DNA of 64,000 nucleotides from Candidatus Hermodarchaeota archaeon (GTDB taxonomy: Archaea; Asgardarchaeota; Thorarchaeia; Thorarchaeales; Thorarchaeaceae), in NCBI GenBank assembly GCA_048885865.1, contig JBHLLF010000002.1:141070-205069 (forward strand), written 5' to 3'. A program made the position numbers and the translations under genes. The notes below the pieces were generated by a model. It searched no databases, was not told where the DNA came from, and saw only the letters and a list, made by a program, of their open reading frames with translations. Below are positions 27,224 to 36,729 of this stretch, piece by piece. Every line of letters starts with the position of its first letter. The first letter of the stretch is position 1.

Positions 27224-28465
27224 CTAAGTCTTGCTTCTTCTTAGTAGGACCATCATCATCAGCAAGATTACCACTGCCAGAAGTGCATACATGAGATACG
27301 GGAATGTGAGACCGAAGCCCGTCACCCAGCCTCCAACGATTGGACCGAGGAAGAGTCCCACACCGCCCATACTCTCGACTAGTCCAGCATGAGCTCCTTT
27401 CTCCAAATCCGTTGCTGAAACAACCAGATACAAGGCTCCCAGATAGTTGAATCCCACCCCCAATCCGGAAAGCATCATTGCAATCGCAAACACCCAGATG
27501 TCTATGAATGAGAACAAAAGGAAGCCTGAAATCGCAGACAGAATTGCTCCAAGAAGTATGACTGTCTTCATGTAGTCCCCAGGCATTCTGGCGATCGCAA
27601 TGAAACCAGCAGTTCGAACAATGTTCCATATCAGAAGCAGGTTTCCGAAATCTTCTGTAGCAAATGGATATCCTAGGAGAACGAGATTCTCAATGTAGGA
27701 AGGGAATAAGGCCAGAATTACAGTCGATACTACACCCCATAGCATCACAGAGAGATATGACGCAATGAATATGGGTGACGCTTTGCTCGCCTTTTGCTCC
27801 CTAGTCGTGATTTGAGTCGCTGTATTCAAGTTCTCAGGCGTTTCTGGCTTTCTCTTGTACGCCTGAAGGAATAATGCGATAATTGCCAATGAGAATACCT
27901 CAATGGCTAGGATAACATAGATGCTCGAGAGGTCTCCATAGATACCAGCGAGATACGCAATAATCATCGGTGGGAGGATCATTGACGCACTCCATGCCGT
28001 TGAGAAATTGCCAAGAGTCGCTACCTGTGATTCTGGTTCAAGTTCCGCGACCATTCCTTCAATGGTTGGAGCAATGAATCCAAAGACAAGGCCCTCCACC
28101 GTGCGTATCGCTATCAAATGAATAGTTTGAATGAACGGAAGAAGATAGAGAAGAATGACCCCGACATAAGCTGCTGTGGAAACTAAAAGCGTCTTCTTTC
28201 TACCAACCCTATCTGAAAGACGACCACCAATTGCAGGCGAAAACATATACACAAATCCAAACACACCGAAGGCGATTCCTGACTCTAAGGGGGTTCCTCC
28301 AAGTCGAAATACATACCACGATGCAAAGATCTCAGTCGTTCCCAATACGAACACAACGAGAAACGTCGTAATGTATCCAACAATCCGATTCTTCTTTCGA
28401 ATTTCAGGGGTTAAGTCCGGCTCTCCATCTACATCTAGGCAGAAGGGTTCACATGGTTCGTGCAT
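27224..28465 (-). CDS. MFS transporter
   Basis: About 12 TM segments; motif A GRLSDRVGRK. Confidence 0.9.
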   Translation of the reverse strand: MHEPCEPFCLDVDGEPDLTPEIRKKNRIVGYITTFLVVFVLGTTEIFASWYVFRLGGTPLESGIAFGVFGFVYMFSPAIGGRLSDRVGRKKTLLVSTAAYVGVILLYLLPFIQTIHLIAIRTVEGLVFGFIAPTIEGMVAELEPESQVATLGNFSTAWSASMILPPMIIAYLAGIYGDLSSIYVILAIEVFSLAIIALFLQAYKRKPETPENLNTATQITTREQKASKASPIFIASYLSVMLWGVVSTVILALFPSYIENLVLLGYPFATEDFGNLLLIWNIVRTAGFIAIARMPGDYMKTVILLGAILSAISGFLLFSFIDIWVFAIAMMLSGLGVGFNYLGALYLVVSATDLEKGAHAGLVESMGGVGLFLGPIVGGWVTGFGLTFPYLMYALLAVVILLMMMVLLRRSKT

Positions 28466-28486
28466 ATTCTCACCGCATGCGTCTGA

Positions 28487-29500
28487 CTACTTGAGATGTG
28501 GAGCAATCTCTTTGCCAATCAGCTTCGCTGTTTCAATTGGATTGGTACCTGGAACTGGAAATGCCACAGGAGTATTGGCTCCGGCATCGATCATGTCTTG
28601 TATCTGTTTGATACATGATTCAACATCTCCTACAACGCAAAGCTCTTGCAGCATCTTGTCAGTAATCAATTCTCCAAGCCCAGCATCGTCGCCTTTCTCT
28701 GCAGCCTCTCTAAAAGCAATTGTATCTTCAGGTCGGACTCCTGCATGCTCCATCAAAGGACCTCCTGCCTGAGAATGAGGCAAGTATAGCTTTGAAAACT
28801 CTCTGACGATGTTGTATGCGTTGTCCAAGTCATCATCAACCACAACTGGAAGATATCCCACCATCTCGAAGTCATCCAAGGACTTCCCTGCTTCTTTAGC
28901 ACCTGCTTCAACTCTTTCCCAGGCAAACTTTGTGTAGTTTGGAGTGCAGAAGATTGACATTATGGCTCCGTTTCCAATCTCCCCTGCAAGTTTCATTCCC
29001 TGCTTTCCCTCGAACGCAAGATAGATTGGAACTTCTTTTCTAACAGGTTCAAAGATCAACTGCACAGCTTTGGTTTCGAAGAATTTCCCCTTGTGAGTAA
29101 TGCTTTCTCCGGTCATTATCTTTCTGATGACCTCGATACTCTCCTTGGTCCTCGAGATTGGCTTCTTATCCCAGAGTCCCATTTGATCCATCCAGAAAGG
29201 TACGCCTGACCCTAGACCAAAGATAGCACGTTTGTTGCACATCTCATCTATAGTCGCAAATTCCATTGCTGTTAACGCTGGGTGCCGAGAGTAGGGATTG
29301 ACAACACCCAATCCAATTCGTATCTTCTCGGTTGCCATAGACCCTGCAGCCATGTATGGAATCCCGCCTCTGAAGAAGTAGTCTTCAGCGAACCAGACCG
29401 ATCCTAATCCCGCAGCTTCTGTCGCTTTCGCCAGTTCAACACCTTCTTTCACTGGGAAAACACCTGTCATAGCCATTCCAAATTCCTTGTAACCTTTCAT
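28487..29500 (-). CDS. LLM-class, probably F420-dependent (Mer-like) oxidoreductase
   Basis: SVWFAED, ATEKIRIGLGVVNPYSRHPALTAM, GLGSG, VPIYLA, LAGEIGNG. Confidence 0.88.
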   Translation of the reverse strand: MKGYKEFGMAMTGVFPVKEGVELAKATEAAGLGSVWFAEDYFFRGGIPYMAAGSMATEKIRIGLGVVNPYSRHPALTAMEFATIDEMCNKRAIFGLGSGVPFWMDQMGLWDKKPISRTKESIEVIRKIMTGESITHKGKFFETKAVQLIFEPVRKEVPIYLAFEGKQGMKLAGEIGNGAIMSIFCTPNYTKFAWERVEAGAKEAGKSLDDFEMVGYLPVVVDDDLDNAYNIVREFSKLYLPHSQAGGPLMEHAGVRPEDTIAFREAAEKGDDAGLGELITDKMLQELCVVGDVESCIKQIQDMIDAGANTPVAFPVPGTNPIETAKLIGKEIAPHLK

Positions 29501-29520
29501 GACATCTCACCATTTCTTTC

Positions 29521-29552
29521 AAAACAAGAGAGAAGGGGGAAGAAATCCCCCT
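29521..29552 (-). terminator. Hairpin plus pyrimidine tract after AOR
   Basis: aggggga-agaaa-tccccct stem; the minus strand continues tctctcttgtttt. Confidence 0.5.
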
Positions 29553-29555
29553 GTT

Positions 29556-31475
29556 CTAGGGCAATTTGCCAATGCTCTCTAGATAGTCTGCTACATCCTT
29601 GAGACCAAGCTTCTCGTAGGTCTCTCTCTTGGGCCAACTTGTCTTGGGATCCCATTCGTGAAGCGCATAGTACCTGTCGAGCATGCCATCCAATTCCTCC
29701 TGGGAGTTCATCTCGCCCTTGAGTGGACCACTAGCGGCTCCCTCATTCATTAACCTCCAGGGCAAATTGTCATGCTCCCTGGTGGCTCCACGTGTCACAT
29801 TGAACGCCTTCTCAAGTGTCACGACTCTGCGGCCAGTGTACATCATCTCATCCTCAGTCAAGGAGATGCCTGTCGCTGCTTCATACAGACGCGCCATGTT
29901 ATCGGGATTGACTCCAAAAGCGGCTGTAGAAGTGAATACACAGAATCCCAAAGCTTCCGTTATCTCATAGCAGTCTTCATGCCAGCGGACAATCTCGGCG
30001 CGAAAATCAGTGAAGTGAGGTGACGCCCACTTCTTGTCACCTGTCACCTTCTCAATGACTTCGACCGCCTCAGGGCTAGCTCCGAATTCTGCAAAGGTTT
30101 CAGTCATGAGATGGTCATTTCCTCGGGGGTTGACTGCAAAGGCTAATGCATATGCTTTCGCAGATCTTGTTTCGACATTGGACTGCTCAAGACCCTTGGA
30201 GTTCATGATGGCCCACTTATAGGAGTCGTGACCAACCTTCTTGGTTGCTATCTTGAGACCATCTCCAAGGAGGTTCCCCAGCTTGCCTTTTCGCAAGGCC
30301 AATGCCTCGACCGTCTTTAGAGTTTCATCAAGCTTGCCCCAGTCAAGCTCAAGCCCATCTGTGTCTTCTTTCGTAAGAACTCCCCGCAGGTAGCTCTCAA
30401 TAGCCCACTGGGAAACAGTGCCTGCTGTAATAGTGTCTAATCCCAGACGGTTACACATCTCGTTGAGCAGAAGGACACCTTCAGTGTCAATGATTCCTGG
30501 ACCGTTGCCAAGTGCTCCAAAGGTTTCATATTCTGGACCACCGCTCGCGATTCCCTTGTTTGGTCCTTCGTCTATGACAGAGTACCGATGGCATCCTATA
30601 GTGCAGCCAAAGCAAGCTACGCGTCTTTTGAGATACCCTTTCTCAACCAAAGCTTGGCCAGTTATTGGATGGACATTTTCAGTATACCCAGTTTGCCAGT
30701 TCTTCCCTGGGAATGCATGCAGCTCGTTGACAGCAGCTATCGAACCCGCTGTTCCGAAGTCATGAAGGCCAACTGCGCCGCTATCGTTACGAAGATTCTC
30801 TCTCATCTCTTCCGCAACATCAGCGAATTTCTTCGGATCTTTCACCCTTACTGGTTTGTTGCCTTTCACTGCAATGGCTTTCAACTTCTTTTTACCCATA
30901 ACTGCAGCTCCGCCTCCACGGCCAGCAGCATGGTATAGTGAGCACTGAATTGAAGATGCTCGAACAAGCTTTTCCCCAGCTGGGCCAATATACAGCGCCT
31001 TTGAGTCATTCCCATGCCACTTCTTCAGCAGAGTATCCGTTTCAATGATATCCTTGCCCCAGAGGTCCTTGGCATCTCTGATTTCCACGTCGTCATTATT
31101 GATCCAGATGTATGAGGGTTTATCCGCCACGCCATGAACAACTAGGTGGTCATAGCCTGCAAACTTCAGTTCCGAACCCCAGTGGCCTCCAGTGTTGCTC
31201 TTGAGATAGAGCCCAGTTGTGCAACCAACAGTGGTCACAGATGTTCGGCCTGAGCACGGAGCAGTTGTGCCGGTTACCGCGCCGGGGGCATAGATGATTA
31301 TATTCCTTGGATCATCCCATGTGATCGCTGGATCTTTACAGTAGTCCCAAAGGAGCTTGGCATTTATACCTCTTGAGCCGACGTACAGGCGTCTCCATTC
31401 CTCTGGAATGTCTTCTTTCCAAATCTTCCCACTTGAAAGGTCAACATGTAGTATCTTTCCTTGATGCCCGTACAT
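29556..31475 (-). CDS. aor: Tungsten aldehyde:ferredoxin oxidoreductase family
   Basis: IGPAGEK, AAGRGGGAAVMG.KKLKAI, CFGCTIGC, GPEYET, GLDTI, NPRGNDH, YYALHEWD. Confidence 0.93.
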   Translation of the reverse strand: MYGHQGKILHVDLSSGKIWKEDIPEEWRRLYVGSRGINAKLLWDYCKDPAITWDDPRNIIIYAPGAVTGTTAPCSGRTSVTTVGCTTGLYLKSNTGGHWGSELKFAGYDHLVVHGVADKPSYIWINNDDVEIRDAKDLWGKDIIETDTLLKKWHGNDSKALYIGPAGEKLVRASSIQCSLYHAAGRGGGAAVMGKKKLKAIAVKGNKPVRVKDPKKFADVAEEMRENLRNDSGAVGLHDFGTAGSIAAVNELHAFPGKNWQTGYTENVHPITGQALVEKGYLKRRVACFGCTIGCHRYSVIDEGPNKGIASGGPEYETFGALGNGPGIIDTEGVLLLNEMCNRLGLDTITAGTVSQWAIESYLRGVLTKEDTDGLELDWGKLDETLKTVEALALRKGKLGNLLGDGLKIATKKVGHDSYKWAIMNSKGLEQSNVETRSAKAYALAFAVNPRGNDHLMTETFAEFGASPEAVEVIEKVTGDKKWASPHFTDFRAEIVRWHEDCYEITEALGFCVFTSTAAFGVNPDNMARLYEAATGISLTEDEMMYTGRRVVTLEKAFNVTRGATREHDNLPWRLMNEGAASGPLKGEMNSQEELDGMLDRYYALHEWDPKTSWPKRETYEKLGLKDVADYLESIGKLP

Positions 31476-31476
31476 T

Positions 31477-31968
31477 CTATGCAGCCTCCCTTTTCAACTC
31501 ACGATACATGGCCATTCTAGCCGATCGTAGCTTCTTCTTCTGTTTCAACAAGTCATCTGTGGCACCCATCCACTGAATTGCACCGGGTACACAGTGCTTT
31601 GCACAATACGGATCGCCTCCACAAAGGTCACAGATTATCGCCTTGTTATTCTCTGGATGCAGTCGAATTCCATGGTAAGGACAGGCTTCCACACATTTAG
31701 CCTGGCTCGTACATTTGCTATTATCAACAGTGATGATTCCCGTTTCATCATCTCTTGATAGTGCCTTTTCAGGACACGAATCAATACATGGATGTGCATC
31801 GCATTGTTCACACAAGAACTGAATGCCTAGCGCGATGTCCTCTTTCTTGTAGACTTTCACTCTCCCTCTATATGGGTCGAATAGGTCCTCCTTCGTCAAA
31901 GAACAAGCTAGAGAACACTGCTTGCAGCCAGTACATTTGTCCATATCGACTAATAGTAAATTGGCCAT
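31477..31968 (-). CDS. 4Fe-4S dicluster electron-transfer subunit (AOR partner)
   Basis: CTGCKQCSLAC, CEQCDAHPCIDSCP, CTSQAKCVEACP, CDLCGGDPYCAKHC. Confidence 0.93.
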   Translation of the reverse strand: MANLLLVDMDKCTGCKQCSLACSLTKEDLFDPYRGRVKVYKKEDIALGIQFLCEQCDAHPCIDSCPEKALSRDDETGIITVDNSKCTSQAKCVEACPYHGIRLHPENNKAIICDLCGGDPYCAKHCVPGAIQWMGATDDLLKQKKKLRSARMAMYRELKREAA

Positions 31969-32173
31969 TTTCCATCAGCGTCCATTTCGAATGTTAAATT
32001 GGTCCTATCACATTGAATCCACCATTTTAATGCTGTCCTTCTCGTCCTGTTATACGATGCATATCGATTGACTTTAACAAATTATGAAATCTTAATCTTT
32101 CATTATCAATATCAAAATTCGAAAGACACATCTTGCAGATTGTCTCTATCAAAGATACGTCTGAGGTTCAGAG

Positions 32174-34165
32174 ATGGTCAATCAACAAAGTATGCAGAAG
32201 ACTATTCGCCAACTAGTTAAGTTCAAGAATGCCTCAGATGCTATTACAGATATCGAGATTCTACGACTAGTCTTCGTTCGCATACTCGAGGAGATCCATA
32301 AAGAATTGGAAGAACCACCAAGGTCTCCCGACTATACACATCTCGGCTTGTTTTCTGATTCGCGTTCCAGCTGGAACCAAGAATGTGCCGAGAACATCTT
32401 AGATTTCAACTTGGAACCCAAGAATAATGAATCACTGCTCGACACCAGAGTTTTGATACTGGGTAACTTGTTTGAGGCATTCAAAAGTCAGAAAAGCAGG
32501 AAGAACCGGGGAGTCTACTACACTCCATATAATCTTGCACGAACCATAAGCAGTCTCTCCGTTGATGCTTTCGAATCGCAAAACCGTATTTCGACGGTTT
32601 CTCAACTACTGGGTCTCAAGATATTGGACAATGCGTGTGGAAGTGGGACATTCCTTTTCGCTATGCTCGAAGAGATTCTCAGAAGAATCTCAGCAGGAAA
32701 AGAGAAGATTGTATTGGAAAGCATTGATGTAGAAACCACTAAACTCGATTCCGTAGCATCATATCTGCTAAGCAAATCGCTCTTTGGGCACGATATTGAT
32801 GAAGATGCGATTGCGATTGCTGAGGCTCAGCTTTGGCTAGCTCTATACTCTATCAGTGGCACAATTCCTTCATTGATTCGCATACCAAACCTCAAAGTCA
32901 CAGATACTCTTTTTTCAGAAGTACTTGATGAGAAATACGACATTGTGATAGGAAATCCCCCATATATGCGACTCACATCCGCGGAGATTGAGTTTAAGAA
33001 GACTATCAAAGCACGATATGATACAACCCGAGAATACAACACACACGCTCTCTTTGTCCAGGCATCTTTGTCCCAACTGAAGCAGAACGGAATCCTTGGC
33101 TATTTGATTCACAAGAATCTTCTAACTCTCGACACTTTTAGAAGACTCAGGAAGTCAATTGTAAAATCCCATGGCCTTATTCATATCTCAGATTGTGGCC
33201 CAGGAGTTTTTCGTGGTGTGACGGCTGAAACCGCATTCATTATCCTGCAAAATAGACCCAGAGCAATTCCTCCCAAAATCCGTCTATCACGATACAATTC
33301 TGTTCTCGGCAGGTGCTGTGAAATATCAACCGTTGACCGAGATGACTATTGCAGTCTAATCTCAGCTTGGAATCATCGGTACCTATTGAGTATCACCTCA
33401 GATGTTATACCCTATTTGCAGTATTTGTCCAATTTGCCGCAGCTAAACACATTGGTCACAATAAAACGCGGAATTGAAACAGGATGCAATCGAAAGTTCA
33501 TTTCAGACGCAGCCAAGCAGGGAGGTAATTGGAAGCCTCTACTTCGAGGAAGGGATGTAGAGAAATTTGCTATAAAGGGCAACGTATGTTTGAATCATGA
33601 TGTCGCCAGATTGGCAAAACCCGGTCGAAGAGACTTGCAGGAAATTCCAAAGGTTGTGGTGCAGCAAAACTCAGAACATCCCATTGCTTTCTATGATTCT
33701 GGAAACTATCTGGTACTCAACTCAACAACCTATTTGACTGATGCCAGTGAAGATCTGCTTAAGGCAGTCTGTGTGTTGCTGAATTCTAACCTAATATCTT
33801 GGTTTTTCAAGACTGTACTGACGAATAATGCAGGTTTAACTGTCAATCTCCTACCCAACAATTTGGGTATGATTCCAGTCCCAAAGAGATTGGATTTACC
33901 CTTTTTTTCTACCCTTTGTGATATTCTAACTCATTTGCGGGCATCATCTGATTCAGCATCGTTCCAGTTTTGGCATGAAACTCTTACTGAAACACTAGTA
34001 CTTGGTGCCTACTTTCCACATCTTTCCAAAGACAGCAATGGAAACCACCGAATACAAGAAATCGTGGACTCAATTACATCAGAATCAATTGGGAGCGTCT
34101 TATGTGATAAGGCTGTCAATTCTGCAAAGATCGCCTTGAAGGAATTTGCATTCCTCCAGTCATGA
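32174..34165 (+). CDS. N6-adenine DNA methyltransferase (Eco57I/TaqI-like) with C-terminal target-recognition domain
   Basis: GVYYTP, LDNACGSGTF (motif I), IGNPPY (motif IV), GIETG...PLLRGRDV. Confidence 0.9.
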   Translation: MVNQQSMQKTIRQLVKFKNASDAITDIEILRLVFVRILEEIHKELEEPPRSPDYTHLGLFSDSRSSWNQECAENILDFNLEPKNNESLLDTRVLILGNLFEAFKSQKSRKNRGVYYTPYNLARTISSLSVDAFESQNRISTVSQLLGLKILDNACGSGTFLFAMLEEILRRISAGKEKIVLESIDVETTKLDSVASYLLSKSLFGHDIDEDAIAIAEAQLWLALYSISGTIPSLIRIPNLKVTDTLFSEVLDEKYDIVIGNPPYMRLTSAEIEFKKTIKARYDTTREYNTHALFVQASLSQLKQNGILGYLIHKNLLTLDTFRRLRKSIVKSHGLIHISDCGPGVFRGVTAETAFIILQNRPRAIPPKIRLSRYNSVLGRCCEISTVDRDDYCSLISAWNHRYLLSITSDVIPYLQYLSNLPQLNTLVTIKRGIETGCNRKFISDAAKQGGNWKPLLRGRDVEKFAIKGNVCLNHDVARLAKPGRRDLQEIPKVVVQQNSEHPIAFYDSGNYLVLNSTTYLTDASEDLLKAVCVLLNSNLISWFFKTVLTNNAGLTVNLLPNNLGMIPVPKRLDLPFFSTLCDILTHLRASSDSASFQFWHETLTETLVLGAYFPHLSKDSNGNHRIQEIVDSITSESIGSVLCDKAVNSAKIALKEFAFLQS

Positions 34166-34235
34166 GTCAATGTATTGATAGCGAGAGGCAAACAGAGATA
34201 AGTCGTGTCTTATGCAATGGCACTGAGGGAATTCT

Positions 34236-34769
34236 GTGACCGCGGAACAAGACGCGCCTGTACGACCAGATGAATTGGTCTATGATCCAGCTTCGATGGA
34301 TGGTAGAGGTATACTTGATACCCTGAGTATGCTTCTGTCTCATCATCCTCCGTCTCAGTATGGACATTGTCTCAGGGTTTCCTTTGCAGGTCGTTCTGTA
34401 TATTTCTGTGGTAGATGTTCGGGCATCTATGGCGGTCTAGGATTAGGTATGATTCTGCTTTTATTCTTCAGATCCATTTTGGAACCAGATTGGTTCTGGT
34501 TCATGATATCAATGGCAGTAGGATTTGCTACCGTTGTTGATTGGGTGAGTCAAAGACTAACTCCTAGGAAGACAACGAATTTCATAAGGGCTATTACAGG
34601 ATTTCTAAGCGGTTTCTGCCTTGCAATAATCTTCTACTTGGGCAATCTCTGGTATATGCTGGTTGCGCTTGCTATAATGGGTGTCACGGTAGGAGGAGTG
34701 GGATTTGTGGAAAATAGAAGAATAAAGCATGAGAGGGCAATCCTTGAAGCTGAAGAATCCGAAGAATGA
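34236..34769 (+). CDS. DUF2085-like membrane protein
   Basis: SHHPP, FCGRCSGIYGG, VDW..Q, TNFIRAITGFL. Confidence 0.78.
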   Translation: MTAEQDAPVRPDELVYDPASMDGRGILDTLSMLLSHHPPSQYGHCLRVSFAGRSVYFCGRCSGIYGGLGLGMILLLFFRSILEPDWFWFMISMAVGFATVVDWVSQRLTPRKTTNFIRAITGFLSGFCLAIIFYLGNLWYMLVALAIMGVTVGGVGFVENRRIKHERAILEAEESEE

Positions 34770-34806
34770 GACAATCATTTTAACAATGGTATAGTTCCTT
34801 GAAGTT

Positions 34807-35952
34807 GTGACTCCGATGATTCCTACAGCAAAACCGATTATCGAAACAGAAGAGATTGAGGCAGTGAAGAGTGTCCTCGAATCAGGTATGTTGGCAGAGG
34901 GCAAGGTTTCGCGGCAATTTGAAACAGAGTTTGCAGATTACGTTGGGACCAAGTATGCCACTGTGACCAGCAACGGAACAACAGCACTTTCAACCGCACT
35001 TGAAGCTCTAGGCCTCCAACCCGGAGACGAAGTTATCACAACTCCATTCACCTTCATTGCGTCAGCCAATTCTATCGTCATGATTGGTGCTGTTCCTGTG
35101 TTTGTTGATGTGAAATTTGACACCTACAATATCAATCCAGAGTTAATTGAAGAGGCCATTACAAAGAACACTCGGGCAATTATGCCAGTTCATATCTTTG
35201 GAATGCCATGCGAGATGGACCAAATCATGGAGATTGCAGAGAAGCATGACCTCCTAGTTATTGAGGATGCATGTCAAGCACATGGAGCTACTGTGAGCGG
35301 CAAAATGGTGGGATCAATAGGGCACATTGGAACATACTCATTCTATGCCACCAAGAACCTGATGACAGGTGAAGGAGGCATGATCACAACGAATGATGAA
35401 GAACTCATGGATCGTTGTCTGATGATAAAGAATCACGGACGGGGTCCCGAGGGTGGCTATAATCATCATCGTGTTGGATATAACAATCGAATGCTGGATA
35501 TAGTAGCAGCACTAGGACGGGTCCAGTTGAAACGCATGCCTGAAGTAGTCAGAAAGCGACAAGAGAATGCCAGCAGATATGACCAGTTCTTCTCAGACTT
35601 TCCCGAGGTCCAACCGCAAATCACCTTGCCTGGAATGGAGTCAGGCTATCATGTATATGCTCCGCGCTTCTTCGTAAAGAATCTCTCGCGAGATGAAATC
35701 CTCCAACGTCTTCGCGATGCGAAGATAGGAGCTCGCACTGTCTATGCATTACCTTGTCACAAGCAGAGAACATATCAGAATATCTTCAGTTGGCGGTGGT
35801 CTCGGTGCGTGAATTATCCTGACTATTCTTCCATGACATTTCAGAATGCGGAAACCATAGGTGAAACGCACATTGAGATTCCAGTTCATCCAGGTGTGAC
35901 TGAAGAGAATCTGACCCACATATTGGAAACCTTGACGAGCATTCTAGGCTAA
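34807..35952 (+). CDS. DegT/DnrJ/EryC1/StrS sugar aminotransferase
   Basis: SNGTTAL, FTFIASAN, MPVHIFG, EDACQAHGA, SFYATKNLMTGEGG. Confidence 0.95.
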   Translation: MTPMIPTAKPIIETEEIEAVKSVLESGMLAEGKVSRQFETEFADYVGTKYATVTSNGTTALSTALEALGLQPGDEVITTPFTFIASANSIVMIGAVPVFVDVKFDTYNINPELIEEAITKNTRAIMPVHIFGMPCEMDQIMEIAEKHDLLVIEDACQAHGATVSGKMVGSIGHIGTYSFYATKNLMTGEGGMITTNDEELMDRCLMIKNHGRGPEGGYNHHRVGYNNRMLDIVAALGRVQLKRMPEVVRKRQENASRYDQFFSDFPEVQPQITLPGMESGYHVYAPRFFVKNLSRDEILQRLRDAKIGARTVYALPCHKQRTYQNIFSWRWSRCVNYPDYSSMTFQNAETIGETHIEIPVHPGVTEENLTHILETLTSILG

Positions 35953-36602
35953 GCATCTGGAATGAAATGGGGAAGTATAGATCGGAGGTCTTTGGACCGG
36001 ATAGTTAGGCTAGCGGCGCGGCTGACATTTTCAGTCATTGGATTAAACGCGATGCTCAGATTGGAGATCTGAAACAACGGAATGTCATTCTCACCATCAC
36101 CCACACTAGCTAGATTGTTGGTTGCAAACCCGTTTTCTTCCAAATACTCAGTCATCCGTTCAGCCTTTTGAGGCCCTTCCATGATATAATGCACCTCGCC
36201 GTCATGAGTCCCATTCTTCTCTCCTAGCATATTGGAGTAGGCGAAATCTAGATTGAGCCTCTTTCCAAAGGGCTTCATGAAGAACTGACTAACACCACTT
36301 GAGATGCATCCCACGAGATAGCCCCACTTTTTCAATGTTGCAACAGTTTCTTCCGCACCGCACATCAGGGGCAGGCATTCAACAAGTGGGTCTAGAGTAC
36401 CGTCTGTCGGCACTCCTATCCATATCTTGGCTCCCTCCTTTATTGCCTCAGCCATAGTCCGACGGTTTTCTCCCTGCTTCGCGTAGATGGCCATGAACTG
36501 TTCCTCTATTCCAAGTTCTTTTGTGATTGGATGAACGGCACTTGGCCCATCATAAAGGACTCCGTCAAGATCAAGGCATACTACTTTGATATCCGGGTCC
36601 AA
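35949..36602 (-). CDS. HAD-IB phosphatase, phosphoserine phosphatase-like
   Basis: DLDGVL, ISSG, K, VGDGENDIPL, AFNP. Confidence 0.85.
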   Translation of the reverse strand: MDPDIKVVCLDLDGVLYDGPSAVHPITKELGIEEQFMAIYAKQGENRRTMAEAIKEGAKIWIGVPTDGTLDPLVECLPLMCGAEETVATLKKWGYLVGCISSGVSQFFMKPFGKRLNLDFAYSNMLGEKNGTHDGEVHYIMEGPQKAERMTEYLEENGFATNNLASVGDGENDIPLFQISNLSIAFNPMTENVSRAASLTIRSKDLRSILPHFIPDA

Positions 36603-36729
36603 TGGATTTTGACCTCCTTAGCGCTTGTTTTTGTACGCTTCGCCATGTATTAGAATATACTGGACTATCCAAAGGGGATGCCGTAGAAAGGGTATTATCT
36701 CGATGCTCATCTGAATGCGATGACTGAGG

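Noticed and set aside
28487-29500. Assigning the gene symbol mer
   Set aside because: The LLM family is clear, but the context is not C1/H4MPT metabolism and specificity cannot be read from the sequence.
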